Shown: positions 1 through 13,566 of the stretch, piece after piece
How positions within the stretch are numbered: position 1 is the stretch's first letter
Layout of the letters: each line of letters begins with the position of its first letter
Assembly (NCBI RefSeq): GCF_006345805.1
Contig: NW_021834439.1
Coordinates: 1 to 48,486, forward strand
Length of the DNA: 48,486 nt
Source of the DNA: Octopus sinensis
Taxonomy: Eukaryota
Direction: 5' to 3'
The notes under the pieces: model-generated
The model's database searches: none
The model's input: only the letters and a program-made list of their open reading frames with translations
What the model was told of the DNA's origin: nothing
Made by a program: the position numbers and the translations under genes

Positions 1-258
1 TGAAAAAAATATAACAAAGAAAAAATGAGGAAGCATAAGCTAATGGTATGAGGGTGGGTGTGGGGCCGGGAAATTATTTCGCCAGAAAACACAAGAAGAG
101 TGTGAATTGGTTACTATAAACAAATTTAAGTATAAAAACAATAGTTGATACGTGTGTGTGTAGGGGTGGTTGTTTTGAGATATACATAGCCGATAGGGAG
201 ACTGGGAAGTGAGTTGGTTATATTTAAATATTAGGAAGATGAGTGTGTGTGAGCGGAC

Positions 259-259
<1 letters not shown>

Positions 260-298
<39 letters not shown>

Positions 299-530
299 AT
301 ATATATATTATATATAATATATACATATATTTTATATATTACATACATATATATACTTATATATATATATATATATATATGTATTATATATATATGTATA
401 TATATATATATGTATATATATATAATATATATATATATCTATATATATCGAGAGAGATAGAGATAATGAGATAGATAGATAGATAGATAGATATAGATAG
501 ATTGATAGATAGATAGATAGTTAGGTAGAT
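260..530. repeat. Compound (TA)n / (GA) / (GATA)n microsatellite
   Basis: Direct reading; explains the YI/IY-rich ORFs 40-572. Confidence 0.95.
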
Positions 531-1449
531 GCAAAAACTAAATATATTCAGAAGATAAACACATATGTGCAAGCATATAGATATTTACATATATTGACAA
601 ATAAATCTACATTTACATAGAGTATAAAAATATATACATATGTGTGTATATGTTTACATCATATACGTAATAAATGTATATGTGTATGTGATCGCGCGCG
701 TGTGTGTGTATTACATATGTTAGTGTGTGTATGTGTGTGTATACTCTGTATTTGGCCATGTGTTTGCGTCGTGGTCATACAATCTTTAGCTCACAAAATA
801 TACACGCGATTGCCCCAGAAGCTGATTATATCATAAACATTTTGATGTGTCGGCCAGTTTTTCTTTACGATTATATATTTATTTTATCGAATTTCCTCTT
901 TCGCTATTTCTCCCAACCAAATCTTCTCTACATATGAAAAGAGAAAAACAAAATGTCGTCGTTTGTACAACACAGTTTATTGTGTAACATTAACATCCCT
1001 ATATTAATGTCTCATTAACATCCATTAAGAGATATAAATCTAGCAAACACTGTGCAAATATCTATAAAGAACGTAGGAATTCCTAAGTTCTCTTTCAAAT
1101 CGTGAAATTTCATTCGGGTAGGGTGCGGGGCAATTGCTTTTCAGAATAAAGATTGCGGATGTGGACAGTTAGAATACAAAAAAATAAACAAATAAATGCA
1201 GGAAAACATATAAAACGACTTTGTTATAGATTCTAACCTGAAAAAAGCGGGAGAAATATGTAATACTGCTCCCATTGATTGCATGCAAGGGTAACAGGAT
1301 AGAGATCATGTTGTTGTTCTTGTTGTTGCAATTGAAGTGGTTGTATTTGCTACTGGTGTTGCTCCTTAGTCTCAAACCAAAACTTATCGGGCACATGTAT
1401 AGTTAAAGGCATTGCCATCGTAAACTTTCTCTTTTTATCCTCCCATGTG

Positions 1450-1870
1450 TGCAAGACTACATTACAAATTGTGTTTTTGCCTTTATTATTTCGTCTTTGT
1501 TTTCAAATGAATATGAAATGGTAAGATGTCGGTGTATAGGAGCCATTTGCGAATCTCCGAGGCAATGGTTGAAAACAGCTAAGTGCATTATTCTTTTATC
1601 TTTGAAACAAAGTACACAGCTGAAAATGCACATAATTCTTACGACTTCGCAGTAAAACAGATGACAATTGGCAACCGAAGTACAGAAACAATACTTTCGA
1701 CGATTTTTTGCCATAGATTCCGTCATCCAAATTTTACTCAAGATATTTGGGTCAAACTAATGCTGTGCACAGCAGACGAACACTCGAAGGATATCTCAAA
1801 GAGAATGGACACAAAACCACACACCAAGGCCTTAAATCAGACATCTTGTTTTCCTTTAATAAACAGTTAA
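1450..1870 (+). pseudogene. Possible highly decayed mariner-like transposase N-terminus
   Basis: gaaaacagctaagtgcattat reads ENS*VHY followed by F..K..A.NA.N, loosely like mariner N-termini (ENKVHFRH..F.KG.NA). No TIR pair or DD34D found; weak. Confidence 0.2.
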
Positions 1871-2398
1871 AATGATCCCAAGTAGGTATTCATATGTTTC
1901 TGTCTTTGTTTTGTTTTTTTTTTACATGTTCCGAGTATTTTAAGTTGTTACAGGATAGTATGATATAGTGGTCACCTGCCTTTAAAGTAGAGAATGGTAA
2001 ATATTTAAAATCCGATGTGTAATATCGCACTAAACTTCTATGCATGCGGAAATTAAACTTAAACGACGTGAATAAACTTCTGAAATGATATCAGAGTTCT
2101 GAACGTGTTAAATCATGGATCTTCTTGTGCTGATGTCAAACAGCAGAAGAGACGACAGCGACGTTAAGGTTAACAACAATAAATAGCGATTATTTAATCA
2201 CAGAACGCTCCGTGAGGAGACCAGATACTATAGGGACAAACCTGAGACCAATCACAATCACTGATAGATAATTTAACGTGGTACACAGGATATTGTAATC
2301 AAAACTGCTTGTTGTCAAAGTATATCATTAATTAATTATCTGTCTATATATACGTAAATGAAAGGGAAAAAATGTATCGAAAGTGTAAAGATCTAGAG

Positions 2399-2898
2399 CA
2401 GTGATTCTCAACAGGGACCCACATAAACATTGATGGAGGTTTATAGAAGATTTTGTTGCTAAACTTTGTATTCAATAAATTTGTTATATTTCTACAATAG
2501 GCAACATATTTTAACACTTTCTTTTATACAATTTCCTATTAGTTGTGGCTGCGTGGGTCATACTGCCTTAATATCTAACACACTCACCGGTTCAATTTCC
2601 AAAAAATTTCGTTGCTTTTGCAACCTTGTCAATGGATGTTGAGAGTCAACAATAAATTGAACCGGTGGGTGTGTTAGGCAATGAGGCAGTGTGACCCTCC
2701 CTAGACACAACAAAAAATTGTTTCAACACACGAATTCACATAAAGAATCTTGCAGACTTGATGCACAAACGAACTAATAATATTTCATTATAAAAATACA
2801 ATAACATTTTTTCAAATATTTCACATGGCTGTCAGGGACTAGCAGAGCAAAATGTGAATCAAGGGGATCCATAGGCAAAGAGTGGTTGAGAACCACGG
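2399..2898. mobile_element. hAT (Charlie-like) MITE, 500 bp
   Basis: TIRs cagtgattctcaac (2399-2412) and gttgagaaccacgg (2885-2898), 12/14 complementary. 8-bp TSD atctagag / gtctagag matches the Charlie NTCTAGAN target preference. Confidence 0.85.
2542..2711. mobile_element. Palindromic MITE nested in the hAT MITE
   Basis: Imperfect inverted arms gggtcatactgcct...caccggttcaattt (2555-2598) and aaattgaaccggtg...aggcagtgtgaccc (2654-2697), extendable to gttgtg/cacaac. Confidence 0.7.
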
Positions 2899-3046
2899 GT
2901 CTAGAGAAAGAAAGAGAAATCAAGCTGTGTTGACTGAAAACCGGAAAGATTCTACCTGAGAATGGTCTAAAAAGAAAAAAAAAAACTTGCAGACCGATAC
3001 ACGACACAAACACAATGACAGGTGGGAATAAACAACATATATATTA

Positions 3047-3416
3047 TGGCACTCCGAGGTTTCCATTTGATCCGATAAACGGAAGATCCTGCTCGTGAAA
3101 TTAACGTGCAAGTGGCTCAGCACTCCACAGACACGTAGACCTTTAACATAGTTCTCGGGGAGATTCAGCGTGAGACAGAGTGGGAAAAGACTGGCCCCTT
3201 TGAAATACAGGTACAACAGAAACAGGAAGAAAGTTTGAGAGAAAGTTGTGGGGAAGGAGTAGAGCAGGGTTCGACACCCACCCACCCTGCTGGAGCCTGG
3301 TGGAGCTTTAGGTGTCTTCACTCAATAAACACTCACAACGCCCGCTCTGGGAATCGAAACCGCGATCCTACAACCGCTAGTCCGCTGCCCTAACCACTGG
3401 GCCATTGCACCTTCAC
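3047..3416 (-). mobile_element. tRNA-derived SINE, family D (full length)
   Basis: Minus strand A box TGGCCCAGTGG (3394-3404) and B box GTTTCGATTCC (3350-3360). The 3' half (cacgctgaatc...cacgttaatttcacga) is shared with 10250-10390. Confidence 0.85.
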
Positions 3417-3534
3417 ATATTTATTGTACATACAGTCCAAGACACAAAACTCTACTAGAGAGGTGTATTTACCTCCCGTAGTTCTGCGTTAGGTTATGCA
3501 GTGAAATAATTAAAGAACAAGAATACTCAAATGT

Positions 3535-3894
3535 ACAACAACAACAACAACAACAACAATAATAATATTAATAACAATAATAATAATCATCATAATAATA
3601 ATAATCATAATAATAATAATAATAATAATAATAATAGTAATATAATAATAATAATAATAATAATAATGATGATGATCATCATCATCATCAGGATTATGGT
3701 AACAGTAATGATAATTTCTACCAAAGGCTCAAAGTTTAAAGTTTGAGTGGGTGGGGTGATAAAGTGGATTTCATTGACCCCTATTCTTAACTGGTCCTTA
3801 ATTCTTTGAACCCAGAAAGATGTAAAGCAAGCACAGAAAGTAAACAGCGGTAAGAAATGACGCTAAACATTTTGAGCAACGCGCTAATGGTATT

Positions 3895-3955
<61 letters not shown>

Positions 3956-4246
3956 TGCTGTTCTCTCTGTAGAATGCAGCGGAGTAATGTGTAATCCTTA
4001 CAAGATAACATGACGTAATTACGATAACAATTGTGATGATAATGACAACAACAACAACAACAGCAACAACAAAAATAAACAAATAAAAATAAAAAATAAT
4101 GGTAATAGGATGAAGAAGAAGAAGAAGAAAAATCGAGGAGGAAAGAAAGATCAACAAAGAAAAAAGAATCAATATTAACATGAAAAGAAACAATATTAAC
4201 AATAGTAGATTTTAAAATTTAGGTTTACGATCAACTTCATCACTTG

Positions 4247-4314
<68 letters not shown>

Positions 4315-4345
4315 ATCATTATTATTATTATTGTTATCATTATTA
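3535..4345. repeat. Trinucleotide microsatellite cluster (AAC, AAT, CAT, TAG, ATT)
   Basis: Tracts at ~3535-3690, ~3895-3955, ~4045-4070, ~4250-4345. Confidence 0.95.
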
Positions 4346-5067
4346 TTTCTCTAAGGGACAAACAGCAAGTTAGTAAATGCGACAAATACGAAGAAATATC
4401 CTCACTGCGTTCCTTAAAGGCGTTTTAGTCCATAGTAGAGCTCACGTTTCTGATTTCCATCTGAGTAAAAAATGTAGCTTGGATCAGAGCAACAGAATGC
4501 ATAGTGGAACCGAACATTGAGACATGTGCATAGTTAGAGATGAATACACGCTTGTATGTGATTCTGCCTACATATATATATTTATATATGTTATACTATG
4601 GTGGAACGGAAGATACAGAAGGAGATGAATGAACAGCGTACAGTGGTGGCGCTCTTAATTGGTTTGCTGGTTGGCTGTTTCTTACAATGGCTGGCTGGCT
4701 GGTTGGTGGGTTGGATGGTTGAATGAATGGATGGAGAGATGCTTGAATGTTTAAATGTTTGGTCGGATGAAAAGATGGATGGATGGTGGGTGGTTGATAA
4801 CCAGTAGTCTAGCTGTGTGGCTAGCAGTAAAAAAATGTGTATAATTGCTTTGCTAAAGTAGTCAGGGTGGAAGGCTTCGCATAAGCGAGGCATTTGGACA
4901 GGCAGAGGAATGAGTGGATGAGATTTTTAGAATGCATTTTTGGTAAAAATAGTTCTGTAGGGTGTGGGTATCAATGGCAATGGATAACGAGATCGAGTAG
5001 AGTATAAGGCTTGCTTATGTAGTTAAATTTAGAAAGCCCGGTCTCATTTAAACGGAAATATTGTTTA

Positions 5068-5448
5068 TCTTTTACCATTCCCTTGTTTCAGTCATTGGAC
5101 TGCAGCCATGCTGGGGTACCACCTTTCTAGTCGAATGTATCGACACCTGTACATATTTTTAAAGCACAGTTCTTATTTTATCCGTTCCTTTTGCTAAATC
5201 GCTAAGTTACGGGGATGTAAACACACCAGTACCGGTTGTCAAGCAGTGATGGGAGACAAACGCACATGACACACACACACACAAACACACACTGGCCCTC
5301 TTCCCATTTTCCCCTACCAAATCTACACACAAGGTTTTGGTCATCTCGAGCCTATAATGCAATACACTTGCCCAAGGTGTCACGTAGTTGGACTGAACTC
5401 AGAACTATGGGGTTCGGAGCAAGCTTACCATATAGCCACGCCTGCATC
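5068..5448 (-). mobile_element. SINE family A (tRNA head + CORE-like + internal microsatellite), diverged
   Basis: Aligns with 22520-22950: cacttgcccaaggtg CORE-like motif, ggttgtcaagc, tail ttgtttcagtcat. Confidence 0.85.
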
Positions 5449-6499
5449 TGTCTGTATGTTTGTATATATAAAAAAGAGTGTTAATATGTTGTAGGCTTGG
5501 AATCGGTACAGTGTATGCTTGAGTTTTATACAAAGTTTCTTGCCTCTTAATGGAAAACAATGCCCAATTTATAAACGATTTGTCTTCGTATAGAGTGCTT
5601 TAGACGTTTCTGAGAAAGATGGCTATATGCATAGTTTGTACCCTTGTATGTAACAGACAGTATTTATATAAATGGAACTGTGATTTCCCCTGAAGATTGA
5701 AACAAATGCAACTGTACCGTTGCCTTGCTTTTTACTGATGACTGCTTGGTTCTCTTACAATTTTTTTGTTGTTTGATTACTATGATTTATAGTTGGAACT
5801 ATTCAGAGTCTAAAAGGTTAGAAAGTAATTGAATGATGTCTTTTACAGGTAAACTGGGGCACCAAATTGTGACACATGCATTTCAGAAAAAAAAAGAAAG
5901 AAAAGAAAAAGAAAAAGATAAAAAACGAATGTAGTGACACAGTACATTTGAGGTTCCAAATTTGAGCTAATTACTGATTTTTATAGTTGTATGCAAGCGG
6001 AACACTCCTTTGAAATTATGTTTTATTGAGATATCAATTAAACGTTCCAGGAGGGGAAAAAGCAATTAAACAAGACCAGGGTCTTTTGAAAGTAACGATG
6101 ACGCAATGTGGTAAAATGTTATAAATGTTTGAATATCAATCGATAGAAATATCGGTAGATTCCTGGATCAAAGAATAATTCGATGGATTAATGGAGTAAC
6201 GGGAAAAAAATTAATTGTCGAACGGTTATTATCTGAATGAAAAGGTGCTTGAGGTGCACAAATGTTAAATGGCATTACGAATTAAGGTGAAAACTTACGA
6301 GTGATTTAATATAATGGTCGGTCAGATACGTGCATAATGTTTATATAAAGAATTTATTAGGTACTTAATTATACAGATGAGATGAAGGAGATATGCATAG
6401 ATAAAACAATATATACAATTAAATGGGGACTGTTAAAGGGACACAGTCTATAAGTGCGGCTAACAGCTTCAATAGCTCGTATTCAGTCAAGAATTAGAT

Positions 6500-6504
6500 A
6501 TAAC

Positions 6505-6596
<92 letters not shown>

Positions 6597-7343
6597 TGTT
6601 TTGTGTGTGAGAGAGAGAGAGAGAGCAAGGGTGAAAGATAGGTACATAAATAGATAGATTATTAATGTGCCTGTCTATCAATCAAAAGGATTGATAGATA
6701 TGGTAATAGATAGGTAGATAAATACATAGGTTGGTAGATCGATAGAGAGAGAGAGACAGAGGGACAGAGCGGCAAACAGACAGACGTACAATCAGGCAGA
6801 CAGAAAAAAAATGACAACTAGATTGATACAAACGTGAACAGCCACATAGTTAGAATTAATAGTTATATCTCAGGCCATAATCATGTTAATTGCAACCGCC
6901 TGATTAGAGAATCTTAAAAGGAAACAGAATTTCTCGTGCTCATAGAAGCAAGAATTTCTTGTTACTGAATAGTTATTGTGTTGTCTATTTCTCTTGGATT
7001 AAATATGGGGATAAGTAGATAGGTAGAGAGTGATGCATACATACATACACACTTATATACATACATACATACACATACATACATACATACATACATACAT
7101 ACGTACCTACATACATACATACATACATACATACATACATACATACATACATACATACATACAAATATGCATACATATATATATATGCATAAATGCATAT
7201 ATGCATACATACATATATAGATTCAAACAGATAGATAGACATATTGAGAGAAAGACAGACAGAAAGATAGATAGATACATACATACATACATACCTACAA
7301 ACAAAGACAGACAGACATAGACAGATAGACAGACAGACTGATT

Positions 7344-7401
<58 letters not shown>

Positions 7402-7449
7402 CGATAGATAGGTAGGTAAATAGATATATATATAGATAGATAGATAGAT

Positions 7450-7514
<65 letters not shown>

Positions 7515-7687
7515 CAGACAGAGAGATAAATAGATAGATAGATAGACAAAGAGATAAATAGAAAGACAGACAGACATATACAGATAGACAAACAGATAGA
7601 TAGATAGATAGAAAGACAGACAGACAGATAGATAGACAGACAAACAGACTGACATAGTCAGATAGACAGACAGAGGGATGGAAAGGT

Positions 7688-7744
<57 letters not shown>

Positions 7745-7765
7745 GAGATGGATAGATAGATAGAT

Positions 7766-7836
<71 letters not shown>

Positions 7837-8180
7837 GAAGTACATTGGTTAAGTGATACAGACAGACAGATAGACAGAGAGATATGTAGATACGTAGGTA
7901 GATAGAACGATAGAAAAACGGATAGGTAGATATGTTGATAGATACATAAAATCAGAATTCTGTTCGGTAAGTAGCTACAAAACTCGGTAGGTAGAAAAGC
8001 ATACAGTATTATTCGGTTTGTAAAGCAGCGTTGCAAGGCGACGCATATAGTGAATGGGTTAGAAGAGAATTCGTAAACAAACAGATACATAAATAAAGCA
8101 AAAAACTGTGATGATGATAAGAAGAAAAGCAATAAGAACAAGTTAATAGTGTGTGAAACTGAAAGTGAAAGTGGATGTGC

Positions 8181-8229
<49 letters not shown>

Positions 8230-8666
8230 CGCACGTGGCAAAATGATAAGTTCAGTTTAATAGTAAGTTTGTATAGAGAGCAAAACAACGAATTCACAGG
8301 TGGATGAGATGACGAAGCGATGAATGAAAGAATTGATTTAGTTGGGGAAGAAAAGAAAAAAAAAATTCTAAACAAATAAAATGTACAACAAATTTAAAAC
8401 GAATAAATAAATAATTGTATTCTAAAAATAACGAAATCGCTAAAATGAAATAACGGTAGGAAGAGAAAAGAAAAATAAAACATTATAAAATTTAAATAAA
8501 TACAAAAAAAAAATAAATAAACGACATAAAAAGCAGGAGGAAAATATATATAAGAAAAATAAAAAAGAAAAGAAGAAACAGAAAAAATTCTTTCGGGTGG
8601 AATGTGGAGAAATCACAGACAGAATTAACATGTGATCTTGGAATAATAATAATAGTAATAATAATG

Positions 8667-8708
<42 letters not shown>

Positions 8709-8825
8709 TAATAATAATAATAATAATAATAAAATTCCATTTCGACTATATACAGCATCACTTCTCGTGCTCTTTACCTTCACATCTTAAGTGAGTTCTA
8801 TAAATAAGTATGCGCTATATATATA

Positions 8826-8877
<52 letters not shown>

Positions 8878-8889
8878 TATATATTAAGT

Positions 8890-8937
<48 letters not shown>

Positions 8938-9235
8938 TAGATAGATAGATAGATAGATAGACAGACAGATAGATATGCACACGTGCATACATACATTATT
9001 TGTACATATATATATATATAAATACAGAGAGACACTCAGACAGACAGACGCAGTAAACACGCGTGGAATTGTATACAGCGAAAAACAAATGAAGCTACAG
9101 ATGCTGTGAGGATGGAAGAGAAGAATAAACACAAAGAGAGAGGCAGGGAAATAGAGAGAGAGAGGGGGAGTGTGTGTGTGTGTGTGTGTGTACGTGTGAG
9201 GCATGGGGAGAGTGCCTATATATATATATATATAT
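6500..9235. repeat. Large compound microsatellite field (TG, ATAC, TA, GATA, GACA, GA, AAT)
   Basis: Tracts at ~6500-6625, ~7035-7835, ~8180-8225, ~8642-8730, ~8815-8975, ~9165-9235; source of the LSIY/YVCM ORFs including the 286 and 422 aa ones. Confidence 0.95.
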
Positions 9236-9878
9236 AAGTGTATGAGTATGTGTTCGTGGGAGATAGTTTATTCAATCTGTCAGTACATTAAGATTTAGAT
9301 CGATGTTTAAGCATTTTCGTTGCCAGAATTCTTGCGTTTCATTCCATCAATATTGGACACGTGTTAAATGCGCGCGTGTGTTTACCCGTATATATATATA
9401 TATTACACATAATAAGTATGTATATATGATTATACCTATACATTTATGTGTGTGTGTATGTATATACGTATTATATATTACTGTGTATTTGAGAGTAACT
9501 CACAAACATGTGTTTAGTTGATTCGCTTTCTGCTCCTCAGTCTGTGTGTGTGTGTGTGTGTGCGTGCGCCTGTGTGTGTACATGCCTCTTATAAGTGCTA
9601 TTTGTTGGTATTGACGCTAAGACACAGGTCAGTTCCGATCGATCAAATTTCCAATGAAAGTTATCTAACCCGTGTCCATCCGTTTTTGACTTCAGTGCAA
9701 TCGTGTGCAGCCAATATAGCTTTTATCTTTTTTTCATAAACGGTAAATTGTGATTTCAGTGAAACCTGGCTATCGATTTTAGTAAGTCAAGCGAACACAT
9801 TTACGATCGTTCGTATGTTTTATGCATGTATGTTATAACCGAAAAATTAAGTTATTCGCTTGCAATAAAGGAGGCTCT

Positions 9879-10090
9879 GTAGTAAAGATTGTTTGCCAAC
9901 GTAACATGGCAGTCCAGGTTTAGGACTAATGTTGCTGTAATTTAGCCCCAGGAGACATCGTCTCCAGCTGGCTGTACGCCACGATCTGTGTCCTTATATT
10001 TTCAAACGAGAGAATCTAGCCTCTCCACTAAGCTGAAAACAAGATCTGTGTATCGCGATTTCTGGGTTATTTCTCTTCATCAGCACAGAA
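9879..10090 (-). mobile_element. Short non-coding retroelement (retrozyme / solo PLE-repeat-like) with 5' hammerhead motif, copy 1
   Basis: Aligns end-to-end with 35424-35633, with both boundaries shared (gtagtaaagattg... to ...catcagcacagaa). Confidence 0.75.
10045..10089 (-). ncRNA. Type I minimal hammerhead ribozyme motif
   Basis: Minus RNA: UCUGUG CUGAUGA agagaaauaaccca GAAA UCGCGA UA CACAGA. Perfect 6-bp stem I, both core motifs, palindromic stem III AUCGCGAU, AUA triplet. Stem II is poorly paired. Confidence 0.6.
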
Positions 10091-10109
10091 GGGGACTCTA
10101 TATTAGCAG

Positions 10110-10390
10110 ATGCGTGGCTTACTCTTTTGTGAGATCGTGAGTTCGATTCCCGACGGTGCGTTGTGTCCTTCAGGAAGACACGTTGCTCTCCTTCACTCAG
10201 CTGCCAAAATGATGAGCTGTACCCTTAATTCAAAAGTCTAGTCACATTCGGTGCCTCACGCTGAATCACTCTGAGAACTGCAGTGAGAGTACGCGTGTCT
10301 GTAGAACGCCCAGCCTTTTGCACACGTTAATTTCACGATCAAAATGTTCGTTCGATCGAATCAATTGGATCCTGCATCGTCGCAAAAGAC
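10110..10390 (+). mobile_element. Degenerate tRNA-derived SINE (family F; 3' tail shared with family D)
   Basis: B box gagttcgattcc ~10139-10150, then gttgtgtccttcaggaagacac, then tail homologous to the reverse complement of 3060-3200. Confidence 0.7.
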
Positions 10391-12450
10391 TGAGAAGTTC
10401 GCAATTTCAGGCAAATATCTTTCACCGTAGACTTGGGTAGACTGATACCTTTTGGGTGAAATGTTGCTGAAAGAAACTGCATTGAAACCCATTGGATGGA
10501 CTATACCAATAATTTAAAGTATAGACTTGTTATATACTATTTTACGTTGATTTCACCTGCAATTTACGTTAAGATTATACATGTCAGTAGAATAATTATA
10601 TTCTTATACCCTATTTCAATAAGAATGGATAGATTATATTTCGTTGATCTAAATACTCGAATATTCATCGTCGAAATCGGCGGAGACTCACTCACATTAT
10701 ATATGTACCTGTTGGCGACATTCCAGCTGACCCGGGGTGAAATATACCGTTGAAGGACTCCAGTGACAGGTGAAATAGCAGATGGTTCTGTGGTTAGGGC
10801 TTAGAGGACTCATAGGAGGATGGTCTCTAGGTATGAGTGTTATTAGCCGGCCGATTTGCGGATATTCCCTGATATCACGTGAACCAGTCACTGCCTCTAA
10901 TGATTAAATGCGGCCTGTAGATTAGGGAACGGGCTAAGTAAACTGTATGTAGAAAACAGAAGGCAACGAGGAAACACCGATATATTTTCCCCAAAAATAA
11001 TCATGGGTCTTTAGATTTTGGCATGGAGATCCATGATCGCTGACGCCTGTAAAATATGTATGAAGCATTGAGTTAGAAAGAGAATTAATATAGTATGAAT
11101 TCCTTTGATCATAGACCAGACACAAAGAGTTTGATCAATTACTAAAGAATAACAACCTCAACACACAAATGGTTGTATGATTATGGTTTTTCACTGGATT
11201 CGGAATGATATTGTCTCTTTTAACTGAGGAGATTTTAGTGACTGTTCCTCTTAAAGAAGAGATCCAATGATTATATTCCTACTATAGGAAAAGTTGTCTG
11301 AGTTATGCAATCTTATAGTGACGGGGCATGGGGCTTATTTCCAGGTATTGCTATCGTCACGTTGAGGGAAATATATCCAGTGTCAAGAGTGACCAAAAGC
11401 AACTGGTACTTCATCTGTAGCAAATTACTAGAACATTTCTGCCGTAAATTGCCTTAAAACTGGCCATCACAGCTTGTTTTATTTATATGCGTACACTCCA
11501 AGCTGTTGACTTTCTGGAAACCAAGAAATTCCATTATCTAATTATCTTATACTAAAAACAAAATAAAAATGTGGAAACTGACGTTATATTATTAGTTTTA
11601 TTTCTTTAAAGCTGGAAAGAAGGAAAAAAAGTTCTATGTTTCGGACAGTTGTTCTACCTCACAGAAAAGAAGAAAAAGATGAAAGACGGAGAAAGTGAAA
11701 AGGAAAAAAAATTCTGGAAGGAAATTACACGTGTCGTTAGTTTTGAGGTATGATGTGAATTGTGGACGGAATGTGTATAGAGGGGGAAAGACGATGTGTA
11801 GGTGTGTAGGTGAAGAGAGCGTTAGTAAAGGGAGACAATGATGGCCGAGCAAGAGAGTTGTATAAGCGAACTTGTGTTTATATGCGTACATTGTGTCGGG
11901 ACGAACGTATGTGTGTTGTACTATTAATAGTAATGTGCGATGCATATAATGGGGAAAATGCTGGTATATGTTTAGAGCTGTTTTAAGTGGGACGAAATAG
12001 CGTGTGTGTATGTGTGTGTGTGTGTGTGTGTTGTTACCACACGTTGCCATAATCCTGAATCACAAAGTCTTTGTGATCTGCACGTTCGTCTTAATTTCTT
12101 ATTTCAATTGACCTCGTTTGTGTAGCTCGTGCTTACATCTCGTCCGAACGTATTTTCAATTAGTTTCACTATTCTAGCCACACAATTCACCTTAGCTGCT
12201 GTCTCCAGGACAATGTCCTTCCACAAGAAGGATCCCTCTTGCTGCTCATTAACAATCCTATTTATTCTGCGTCCTTCCTTGAACATATTCTAACTTTTCT
12301 CATCTACTCGTCTCATGCCAGCATCCACTCTACTGATATCCAGATCCACTGCACGATTCGAACCCAGTTCACTGAAGGCCGGAATGGATGCATCAAAATT
12401 GTTCCATTCAAACACCAAATGGCTCTGCAACCTCTCTGATGTTGTAATTA

Positions 12451-12691
12451 CAGGAATGCCTCGATATACGAGTTAATTTGTTCACGAAGATCGCTCGTAA
12501 AGCAGAGCAATGATTCCCCATAGTAGGAATGAAATTTTATGCTGTCATTTTAACCCGTCGGTACGTAGACGTGTTAGAACCAGTGCTGTCACATGTTGCG
12601 ACTTTGTCACACACACAAAATGGCTGTTTAAAATAAAAGTCGTGAATCCGGCCTCTCGTAAAACGGGTCCTCGTAAAGTGAAGTATTACTG
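12451..12691. mobile_element. Tigger/pogo-like MITE
   Basis: TA|caggaatgcctcgatatacgag ... ctcgtaaagtgaagtattactg|TA; TIRs 16/22 complementary with TA TSD on both sides. Confidence 0.7.
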
Positions 12692-13234
12692 TATTTATTG
12701 AAAGGCTGAGACTTTCTACGTCACCCCTGAAAGTTTTAGCAAATAAATCTAACGAAGAACGAAATATATATCTGTACATATATACATAAGCACACACACA
12801 TATCGAGGCCATAAATATGTACGATTCTTTTCTGCATACGTACGATTTTTTCCTAACATCGTTTGCTGATAACAATTATTCAGGCAGACACTCGAGTTAA
12901 CGACGGTCCTCGTATCTTCATCATCTGACAATATGCCATTCCTTAATAGCATGCCAGCTTTAGAGAAAATTCTTGATTATTATGATAATCTCCTCTTTTC
13001 ATATAGAACTGGTCATATTAGCCATTTCATAATTACGACACATCGGAGTTAATGTTGTAAGGTGTACAGTATATCTGCATATATCCATGCATCACAATCC
13101 ACTCTGAGTTATTTCCCTTAGCTCAATTTGTTTAAACTATAGACGCATCTATATATACCGTACATACGTAAATAAATTCATAGACACCTACACAAACACA
13201 TTGCATATATATATATACATATATATACATATAT

Positions 13235-13445
13235 TTAAACATAATAAATAATATTAGGATAATAAGAATTATAGAAAAGATTATTACCTGTGGCCTAGCA
13301 CAAAAACGATTAGTCAATAGACTATATATTATTTACATAAAAATATCGTGTACATTAAAACACTGCTCTTTCTAGCACAAGGGTTTCCTATTTGGAAGCC
13401 TCTTAATGTGTTTTAAAGTACACGATATTTTTATATATATATACA
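13235..13445. mobile_element. Truncated/deleted copy of the long-TIR foldback element at 31.2-31.85 kb
   Basis: gtggcctagc...attagtcaatagactatata at 13290-13327 matches 31644-31683; cctcttaatgtgtttt matches ~31812-31826; 24-bp inverted repeat 13340-13363 / 13408-13431 (23/24). Confidence 0.6.
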
Positions 13446-13566
13446 TAAATCAAAATACATATGTATATATGCATAAGTATTCATGTATATTTGTAGGTAT
13501 AGTTGTGTGTATGGTGTTTGTATGCATGCGTGTATGTCTCTGTGTGTGAGTGTGTGTGTGCCTCAC

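Noticed and set aside
52-70. Canonical G4 motif gggtgggtgtggggccggg (another at ~37596-37620)
   Set aside because: Short isolated motifs with no functional context.
6985-8375. 286 aa and 422 aa ORFs
   Set aside because: Translations of GATA/ATAC/TA repeats that happen to lack stops.
12100-12420. Possible RTE/L2 ORF2 C-terminal remnant
   Set aside because: Only vague similarity, many stops, no clear W.GH or RGRP motif.
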